Shown: positions 49,146 through 56,146 of the stretch, piece by piece
Numbering within the stretch: position 1 is the stretch's first letter
Layout: every line of letters begins with the position of its first letter
Assembly: GCA_949487855.1 (NCBI GenBank)
Contig: CATAMV010000035.1
Location: 1 to 56,146, forward strand
Origin: Bacteroidota bacterium
GTDB lineage: Bacteria; Bacteroidota; Bacteroidia; Flavobacteriales; Flavobacteriaceae
Direction: 5' to 3'
Length of the DNA stretch: 56,146 nucleotides
Made by a program: the position numbers and the translations under genes
Notes under the pieces: generated by a model
What the model saw: only the letters and a program-made list of their open reading frames with translations
What the model was told of the DNA's origin: nothing
Databases searched by the model: none

Positions 49146-50732
49146 ATGAGTTTTTTGGAAGAAATAGCACGCAGACGCACCTTTGGCATCATATCGCATC
49201 CCGATGCAGGAAAGACAACACTTACCGAAAAGTTACTTTTATTCGGAGGCGCTATTCAAGAGGCAGGCGCAGTAAAGTCAAACAAAATCAAAAAAACTGC
49301 CACCAGCGACTTTATGGAAATAGAACGTCAGCGTGGCATTTCGGTAGCTACATCTGTACTGGCCTTTTTATATAAAAACAAGAAAATCAATATTTTAGAC
49401 ACGCCTGGTCACAAAGATTTTGCAGAAGATACGTTCCGAACCTTGACAGCTGTAGATAGCGTGATTGTCGTGATTGACGTAGCAAAAGGTGTTGAAGAAC
49501 AAACCGAAAAATTGGTATCGGTGTGTCGTATGCGAAATATCCCAATCATAGTTTTCATTAATAAACTCGACCGCGAAGGTAAAGACGCTTTTGATCTACT
49601 AGATGAGGTGGAGCAAAAATTAGGACTTACAACCGTTCCATTGAGTTTTCCCATTGGAATGGGATATGACTTCCAAGGAATTTATAATCTCTGGAATAAT
49701 AACGTACGCTTGTTTGACGAAGAAAGCAAAACTACCATTAGCGACAGTAGTATCATCGAAAATCTTGACGATGCTGCTCTCGAAAATAATATAGGCAGTA
49801 CTGCAAAGGCAACGCTTGAAGAAGAGTTGGAATTAGTACGAGAGGTCTATCCTTCATTTGATCAAAGTGCGTATTTAAAAGGGCAGCAACATCCTGTGTT
49901 TTTTGGCTCTGCCTTGAACAATTTTGGGGTACAAGAATTGCTTGATTGTTTTGTGGATATTGCACCGCCACCCCTACCCAAAACGAGTGAAGAACGCACC
50001 ATTGCTCCAGACGAAAATTCCTTTTCTGGGTTTGTCTTTAAAATTCATGCCAATATGGATCCCAAGCACCGAGATCGATTGGCATTTATTAAAATTGTAT
50101 CGGGAACCTTTACACGAAACGTACCCTACCTTCACGTACGTCACAATAAAAAACTCAAATTCAGTAGTCCAAACGCATTTTTTGCAGATAAAAAAGAAAT
50201 TGTAGATGTGTCTTATCCTGGAGATATTGTGGGACTTCATGACACTGGAAATTTTAAAATTGGAGACACACTCACCTCTGGAGAACGCATTCACTTTAGA
50301 GGGATACCAAGCTTTTCACCCGAGCATTTCAGGTACATCAATAATGCTGATCCGATGAAAGCTAAACAGCTAAACAAAGGCATAGACCAACTCATGGACG
50401 AAGGGGTAGCACAGCTATTTACCTTAGAGCTAAACGGGCGTAAGATCGTAGGTACTGTAGGTGCACTGCAATTTGATGTGATTCAATACCGTCTAGAACA
50501 CGAATACGGTGCAAGCTGTACATATGAAAATCTAAACGTACACAAGGCCTGTTGGGTAGAAGTAAAAGAAAATGGGGAAATTGACTTTGCTGGTTTTAAA
50601 CAAACAAAATCCAAGTTTTTAGCAAAAGATAAACAAGGGCAATTGGTATTCTTAGCAGACTCTGCCTTTACCTTACAAATGACTCAAAGCAAATACCCTG
50701 GAATTAACTTTCACGCCACATCAGAATTTTAG
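49146..50732 (+). CDS. prfC: Peptide chain release factor 3
   Basis: I set the start to the ATG at 49146 (MSFLEEIARRRTFGIISHPDAGKTT). GTPase motifs DTPGHKDF and NKLDR are present. Confidence 0.95.
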   Translation: MSFLEEIARRRTFGIISHPDAGKTTLTEKLLLFGGAIQEAGAVKSNKIKKTATSDFMEIERQRGISVATSVLAFLYKNKKINILDTPGHKDFAEDTFRTLTAVDSVIVVIDVAKGVEEQTEKLVSVCRMRNIPIIVFINKLDREGKDAFDLLDEVEQKLGLTTVPLSFPIGMGYDFQGIYNLWNNNVRLFDEESKTTISDSSIIENLDDAALENNIGSTAKATLEEELELVREVYPSFDQSAYLKGQQHPVFFGSALNNFGVQELLDCFVDIAPPPLPKTSEERTIAPDENSFSGFVFKIHANMDPKHRDRLAFIKIVSGTFTRNVPYLHVRHNKKLKFSSPNAFFADKKEIVDVSYPGDIVGLHDTGNFKIGDTLTSGERIHFRGIPSFSPEHFRYINNADPMKAKQLNKGIDQLMDEGVAQLFTLELNGRKIVGTVGALQFDVIQYRLEHEYGASCTYENLNVHKACWVEVKENGEIDFAGFKQTKSKFLAKDKQGQLVFLADSAFTLQMTQSKYPGINFHATSEF

Positions 50733-50860
50733 GTTTTTTTGTTACTTTAGCACTCATCAGCCCCATGTCTGTTTTTGTAAGAAGAGTTGCTAATGAAGCA
50801 GCATACCAGCATATTTAGAATTGACTTTTTGGGGTATTTTTAACTTAAAATAATGTACCC

Positions 50861-51334
50861 ATGAAAACCTATAACAACATTGGACTTGACAAGCAAAAAT
50901 GTGAAGAACTAGCGCATTCGCTTAATGATTTGCTTGCTAATTATACCGTTTTTTATCAAAATTTACGCGGATTCCACTGGAATATACAAGGCGATAAATT
51001 CTTTGAACTACACGAAAAATTTGAAGAACTGTATAACGACTTTTTTGTAAAAATAGATGAAGTAGCTGAGCGCATATTAACACTCGGTCATGCACCACAA
51101 CACAGAGGATCAGACTACCTAGAAATAGCTCAAATCATTGAAAGTAATGAGGTTAGTAATGGAACTAAAGCAATTGAGGAAATTCTTGATGGGTTCACAA
51201 TACTGTTAAGCAAAGCGCGGCACATTCTTAATCTTTCTGGTGAGACTGATGACGAAGGTACCAATGCACAAATGAGTGACTATATCCGAGAACAAGAAAA
51301 ACTTGTTTGGATGTATTCTGCTTATCTAAACTAA
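50861..51334 (+). CDS. dps: Dps-family DNA protection / ferritin-like protein
   Basis: 157 aa with ferroxidase-site context (FHWNIQGDKFFELHEKFEELY, IDEVAERI). Confidence 0.9.
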   Translation: MKTYNNIGLDKQKCEELAHSLNDLLANYTVFYQNLRGFHWNIQGDKFFELHEKFEELYNDFFVKIDEVAERILTLGHAPQHRGSDYLEIAQIIESNEVSNGTKAIEEILDGFTILLSKARHILNLSGETDDEGTNAQMSDYIREQEKLVWMYSAYLN

Positions 51335-51359
51335 ACAATAAGGATGTTTCTAAAAAAAC

Positions 51360-51386
51360 AAAACCCCACTCAATGAGCGGGGTTTT
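51360..51386. terminator. Bidirectional intrinsic terminator between dps (+) and the rpoC-DUF3467 unit (-)
   Basis: AAAACCCC(a)CT-CAATG-AG(c)GGGGTTTT forms 8 bp, a 1x1 mismatch, then 2 bp. It is flanked by an A-run on the 5' side and a T-run on the 3' side, so it reads as hairpin plus U-tract on both strands. Confidence 0.7.
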
Positions 51387-51392
51387 ATTTGT

Positions 51393-51704
51393 TTAAGCTT
51401 CGCCTGTTGGACCAAAATTAAGTGGTATAGGCGGTTGCTCATAGTCATTAATTTCACCATGTGCCGATTCAAAACGCTGCACGTTTTCACCTAATGCTTT
51501 AAGGAAGCGCTTGGCGTGTTGAGGCGTTAAAATAATACGTGAACGTACTTTAGCCTTTGGTGCACCTGGCATAACATTGATAAAATCAACCACAAACTCA
51601 GATGCTGAATGGTTGATAATTGCCAAATTAGCGTATGTACCTTGTGCCGTTTCCGGATCAAGCTCTATATTGATACTTCCGTCTTTCTTAGCCTTATCAC
51701 TCAT
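51393..51704 (-). CDS. DUF3467 domain protein
   Basis: 103 aa. The pattern GTYANLAIINHSASEFVVDFI...ILTPQHAKRFLKAL fits DUF3467 as I recall it. The ATG overlaps the rpoC stop by 1 nt. Confidence 0.75.
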   Translation of the reverse strand: MSDKAKKDGSINIELDPETAQGTYANLAIINHSASEFVVDFINVMPGAPKAKVRSRIILTPQHAKRFLKALGENVQRFESAHGEINDYEQPPIPLNFGPTGEA

Positions 51705-54700
51705 TACACATCAGCGCTTAATGATTTCTCAGCAATTAATGCTTCGTATTCGTCAGTGAAACCCACAATGATATCGTTGTAAGCACGGTTACCCGTACCT
51801 GCTGGAATCTTATGACCTACAATAACGTTTTCTTTAAGTCCTTCTAGCGTATCAATTTTACCTGCAACAGCAGCTTCGTTAAGAACCTTGGTGGTTTCTT
51901 GGAACGATGCAGCTGAAATAAAGGACTTCGTCTGAAGTGAAGCTCTAGTAATTCCTTGTAGAATTGGTGTGGCGGTAGCGTTTACAGCATCGCGAGATTC
52001 TACCAGGTTTTTATCTTCACGTTTCAATAATGAATTCTCATCACGTAATTGGCGTGCTGTGATTATTTGACCAGCTTTAAGGTTTTCAGAATCTCCAGCG
52101 TCTAAAACTACCTTTTGACCAAATAACGCATCATTTTCCTCGGTAAAATCAATTTTATGTACCAATTGACCCTCTAGGAACGTCGTATCACCAGAATCCT
52201 GGATTTGAACCTTACGCATCATCTGACGAACTACAACTTCAAAGTGCTTATCATTAATTTTCACTCCTTGTAATCGATATACTTCTTGAACTTCATTAAC
52301 CAAATACTGTTGTACTGCAGAAGGGCCCTTGATAGACAAAATGTCATTCGGTGTAATTGCACCGTCAGAAAGTGGCATACCCGCTTTTACAAAGTCATTT
52401 TCTTGAACCAATATTTGATTCGAAAGTTTAACTAAGTATTTCTTGATTTGACCAGTTCTAGACTCAATGATAATCTCGCGGTTACCACGCTTAATTTTAC
52501 CAAAGGTTACCACTCCGTCAATTTCAGAAACAACAGCAGGGTTAGATGGGTTACGCGCTTCGAAAAGCTCAGTAACTCGCGGCAAACCACCTGTAATATC
52601 TCCAGATTTTGCAGACTTACGAGGAATTTTCACCAATATCTTACCCTTCTCAATTTTCTCATTATCGTCAACCATAATATGGGCACCTACGGGCAAGTTA
52701 TATGTCTGTAGCGTTTTACCCTTGGTATCCTTAATTAATAGTGTAGGAATGATTTTCTTGTTTCTTGATTCCGAAATTACTTTCTCTTGAAAGCCTGTTT
52801 GTTCATCAATTTCAACAAGATAGGTAACGCCTTGCTCAATGTTTTCATACCCGATAGAGCCTGTAAATTCAGAAATAATTACTCCGTTGTACGGATCCCA
52901 TTGACAAACCACGTCGTCTTTTTTAATCTTCTGTCCATCTTTTACAAAAACAAACGAACCGTAAGGAATGTTATTTGTACTCAAAACAATACCCGTGTTT
53001 TTATCCATAACCTTGATTTCAGAAGTACGTGAAATCACAATTTTAGCAGGATTTCCATCGTTGTCTTTTCCATCAACAGTTTTGAGTTCTTCAATTTCAG
53101 CAACGCCGTCAAAACGAGCAATGAGCTTATTTTCTTCAGAAATGTTACCAGCAATACCTCCTACGTGGAACGTACGAAGCGTAAGCTGTGTTCCAGGCTC
53201 TCCAATAGACTGTGCAGCAATTACACCAGCCGATTCGCCTTGTTGTACCATTTTACCAGTAGCAAGATTGCGCCCATAACACTTAGCACAAATTCCTTTT
53301 TTCGCCTCACAGGTTAATGGTGAACGAACCTCTACACTTTCAAGGGCAGAATTTTCAATGGCCGAAGCATTTTCGTCAAAAATTTCATCACCTGAAGCTA
53401 CCAATACCTCGCCAGAAATTGGATCAACTACATCGTGAAGTGCAACACGTCCAACAATTCGATCGCCAAGTGACTCAACAACTTCTTCGTTTTTCTTTAA
53501 TGCAGAAACCGTAAGTCCGCGGAGCGTACCACAATCAACTTGATTTACAATTACGTCCTGTGCCACATCGTGCAATCTACGCGTTAGGTATCCAGCATCA
53601 GCTGTTTTAAGTGCCGTATCGGCAAGACCTTTACGAGCACCGTGTGTAGAAATAAAGTATTCCAGAATCGAAAGACCTTCTTTAAAGTTCGATAGAATTG
53701 GATTTTCAATAATCTCGCCTCCACCTGCGTTAGACTTTTTAGGCTTTGCCATGAGTCCTCGCATACCAGTAAGCTGACGAATTTGCTCTTTAGAACCACG
53801 AGCTCCCGAATCCAACATCATAAATACTGAGTTAAATCCTTGTTGATCTTCGCTAATGCGCTTCATGGCAAGTTCAGTAAGTGTCGCGTTAGTAGATGTC
53901 CAAATGTCAATTACCTGATTGTAGCGCTCGTTGTTGGTAATAAGCCCCATGTTATAGTTGGCAATAATACCGTCAACTTGTTGATTAGCCTCATCAATCA
54001 GTACTGTTTTTTCTTTCGGAATAATGATATCTCCCAAACTAAACGACAGCCCCCCTTTGAATGCAAAAGAGAAGCCCATGTCCTTAATTTTATCAAGGAA
54101 TTCAGCTGTTTCAGGAACACTGGTAACTTTTAAAATACCACCAATGATACCACGAAGCGATTTTTTAGTCAATACTTGATTGATGTATCCCGCTTTTTCT
54201 GGTACGTGTTGGTTGAATAATATTCTACCTACAGTAGTATCAATAATTTGATTTACCAATTCACCCTTGTCATTAAAGTCCTTAGCCCGGATTTTAACCA
54301 TTGCATTAAGGTCAACTTTACCTTCATTAAAGGCGATATTTACCTCATCGGCGCTATAGAACGTTAAGCCTTCTCCTTTAACCTTATGGTCTTTGGTGGA
54401 CTTACGTGCTTTGGTCATATAATACAATCCAAGTACCATGTCTTGAGAGGGTACTGTGATTGGCGAACCATTGGCAGGGTTAAGAATGTTGTGCGAAGCC
54501 AACATCAATAACTGCGCTTCAAGAATTGCCTCTGGACCTAAAGGTAAGTGTACTGCCATTTGGTCACCGTCAAAATCGGCGTTAAATGCAGTACAGGCCA
54601 GTGGGTGTAACTGAATCGCTTTTCCCTCAATCAGTTTTGGCTGAAATGCTTGGATACCCAAACGGTGAAGTGTGGGGGCCCGGTTCAAAAGTACAGGGTG

Positions 54701-56005
54701 TCCTTTTAGTACATTTTCTAAAATATCCCATACAACAGGCTCGCGTTTGTCAATAATCTTTTTTGCAGATTTAACCGTTTTTACAATGCCGCGCTCAATA
54801 AGCTTGCGAATGATAAATGGCTTATAGAGTTCGGCAGCCATGTTTTTTGGTAATCCACACTCAAAAAGTTTAAGCTCTGGTCCAACAACAATTACCGAAC
54901 GTGCTGAATAATCCACACGTTTACCTAGTAAGTTTTGACGGAAACGTCCTTGCTTACCTTTTAATGAGTCTGAAAGTGATTTAAGCGGACGGTTAGCATC
55001 TGTTTTCACAGCAGATGATTTACGTGTATTGTCAAACAATGAGTCAACCGACTCTTGAAGCATACGCTTTTCGTTACGTAAAATTACTTCTGGTGCTTTA
55101 ATTTCCAACAATCTCTTAAGACGGTTGTTACGAATGATCACACGACGGTATAAATCATTTAAATCCGAAGTGGCAAAACGACCACCATCAAGCGGTACCA
55201 ATGGACGTAATTCTGGTGGAATTACGGGTACTACTTTCATAATCATCCACTCAGGACGATTTTCACGATTTTTGTTAGCATCACGAAGGGCTTCAACAAC
55301 TTGTAAACGCTTAAGCGCTTCAGTTTTACGTTGCTTTGAAGTTTCGTTGTTTGCTTTATCGCGCAACTGGTATGAAAGCTCATCTAAATCAATACGATTA
55401 AGAATATCGATTAGACATTCAGCTCCCATTTTAGCAATAAACTTATTAGGATCGCTATCTTCCAAGTACTGGTTATCTTGCGGAAGTTTTTCCATGATAT
55501 TCAGGTACTCTTCCTCAGTCAAGAAATCCATTTTTTGTACAGGCTCACCTTCCTCATTGGTAGCAATACCAGGCTGAATAACTACATAGCGTTCGTAGTA
55601 AATAATCATGTCTAACTTCTTAGACGGTAGTCCAAGTAAATAGCCAATTTTATTTGGTAAAGAACGGAAATACCAAATGTGTGCCACAGGAACAACCAAA
55701 CTGATGTGTCCAACGCGGTCACGACGGACTTTCTTTTCGGTTACTTCTACACCACATCGGTCACACACGATTCCTTTATAACGAATACGCTTATACTTTC
55801 CACAAGCACATTCAAAATCCTTTACAGGACCAAAAATACGCTCACAAAACAAGCCGTCACGTTCAGGTTTGTGTGTACGATAGTTGATTGTTTCTGGCTT
55901 TAAAACTTCACCCCTAGAGGCAGCCAAAATAGTTTCGGGTGATGAAAGCCCAATGGAGATTTTATTAAAATCTTTTTGTTGTTGTGTTTCGTTTATACGT
56001 GCCAT
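51704..56005 (-). CDS. rpoC: DNA-directed RNA polymerase subunit beta'
   Basis: 1433 aa with a zinc-binding N-terminus (CACGKYK...CDRCGVEV), the catalytic NADFDGD motif, and trigger-loop and bridge-helix regions. Confidence 0.98.
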   Translation of the reverse strand: MARINETQQQKDFNKISIGLSSPETILAASRGEVLKPETINYRTHKPERDGLFCERIFGPVKDFECACGKYKRIRYKGIVCDRCGVEVTEKKVRRDRVGHISLVVPVAHIWYFRSLPNKIGYLLGLPSKKLDMIIYYERYVVIQPGIATNEEGEPVQKMDFLTEEEYLNIMEKLPQDNQYLEDSDPNKFIAKMGAECLIDILNRIDLDELSYQLRDKANNETSKQRKTEALKRLQVVEALRDANKNRENRPEWMIMKVVPVIPPELRPLVPLDGGRFATSDLNDLYRRVIIRNNRLKRLLEIKAPEVILRNEKRMLQESVDSLFDNTRKSSAVKTDANRPLKSLSDSLKGKQGRFRQNLLGKRVDYSARSVIVVGPELKLFECGLPKNMAAELYKPFIIRKLIERGIVKTVKSAKKIIDKREPVVWDILENVLKGHPVLLNRAPTLHRLGIQAFQPKLIEGKAIQLHPLACTAFNADFDGDQMAVHLPLGPEAILEAQLLMLASHNILNPANGSPITVPSQDMVLGLYYMTKARKSTKDHKVKGEGLTFYSADEVNIAFNEGKVDLNAMVKIRAKDFNDKGELVNQIIDTTVGRILFNQHVPEKAGYINQVLTKKSLRGIIGGILKVTSVPETAEFLDKIKDMGFSFAFKGGLSFSLGDIIIPKEKTVLIDEANQQVDGIIANYNMGLITNNERYNQVIDIWTSTNATLTELAMKRISEDQQGFNSVFMMLDSGARGSKEQIRQLTGMRGLMAKPKKSNAGGGEIIENPILSNFKEGLSILEYFISTHGARKGLADTALKTADAGYLTRRLHDVAQDVIVNQVDCGTLRGLTVSALKKNEEVVESLGDRIVGRVALHDVVDPISGEVLVASGDEIFDENASAIENSALESVEVRSPLTCEAKKGICAKCYGRNLATGKMVQQGESAGVIAAQSIGEPGTQLTLRTFHVGGIAGNISEENKLIARFDGVAEIEELKTVDGKDNDGNPAKIVISRTSEIKVMDKNTGIVLSTNNIPYGSFVFVKDGQKIKKDDVVCQWDPYNGVIISEFTGSIGYENIEQGVTYLVEIDEQTGFQEKVISESRNKKIIPTLLIKDTKGKTLQTYNLPVGAHIMVDDNEKIEKGKILVKIPRKSAKSGDITGGLPRVTELFEARNPSNPAVVSEIDGVVTFGKIKRGNREIIIESRTGQIKKYLVKLSNQILVQENDFVKAGMPLSDGAITPNDILSIKGPSAVQQYLVNEVQEVYRLQGVKINDKHFEVVVRQMMRKVQIQDSGDTTFLEGQLVHKIDFTEENDALFGQKVVLDAGDSENLKAGQIITARQLRDENSLLKREDKNLVESRDAVNATATPILQGITRASLQTKSFISAASFQETTKVLNEAAVAGKIDTLEGLKENVIVGHKIPAGTGNRAYNDIIVGFTDEYEALIAEKSLSADV

Positions 56006-56017
56006 ATCAATATTTTA

Positions 56018-56146
56018 TTATTCTTCTAAACGAATATCAAGGCCAAGACCTTTAAGTTCGTGCATCAATACATTAAAGGATTCTGGAAGACCAGGCTTTG
56101 GCATGGCTTCACCCTTCACAATTGACTCGTATGTTTTGGCTCGACC
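56018..56146 (-). CDS. rpoB: DNA-directed RNA polymerase subunit beta, 3' end (partial, runs off the window)
   Basis: Hand translation gives ...[42 protein letters not shown], the conserved RpoB C-terminus. TAA at 56018-56020, 12 nt upstream of the rpoC ATG. Confidence 0.9.
   Translation of the reverse strand, partial: GRAKTYESIVKGEAMPKPGLPESFNVLMHELKGLGLDIRLEE

Noticed and set aside
55125-55577. A 150-aa plus-strand ORF, together with similar ORFs of 60-107 aa between 52448 and 55903.
   Set aside because: They are antisense to rpoC, whose 1433-aa frame is certain. They are Ser/Arg-rich shadow ORFs.

Overview
The window reads as a conserved, densely packed core-chromosome segment of a Bacteroidota genome, probably a Flavobacteriia-type organism. 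Evidence: type IX secretion and gliding genes (porU, porV, gldJ); rpmB-rpmG followed by a DUF4295 mini-ORF; rpoB-rpoC followed by DUF3467; bshC; and repeated matches to the Bacteroidetes -7 promoter box TAnnTTTG. About 50 protein genes are intact housekeeping functions: trmD, gcvP, two KAS III/fabH paralogues, pdhA plus a two-lipoyl-domain E2, murF, mnmA, yidC, pyrG, guaA, rimO, ftsY, recR, htpG, prfC, dps and rpoC. There is one tRNA-Val(GAC). I found no CRISPR array, transposase, integrase, restriction-modification system, toxin-antitoxin pair, recognisable defence genes or rRNA. I therefore do not claim a novel multi-gene system here. The items most worth a second look are modest. (1) A promoter plus structured leader plus strong intrinsic terminator lies directly upstream of fabH, suggesting an attenuator or small RNA. 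(2) An ORF6N-domain gene at the left edge is interrupted by a single in-frame TAA. (3) A 50-aa DUF4295 ORF, too short for the ORF track, follows rpmG. (4) A minimal 110-aa K+ channel is translationally coupled to alkB. (5) An SDR / SprT-like / DUF389 trio is start-stop coupled to the pyruvate dehydrogenase genes. (6) Several convergent gene ends overlap, by up to 54 nt. The ORF track accepts TTG and GTG as start codons, so many listed ORFs carry spurious N-terminal extensions. I re-derived start codons from the sequence where I could.
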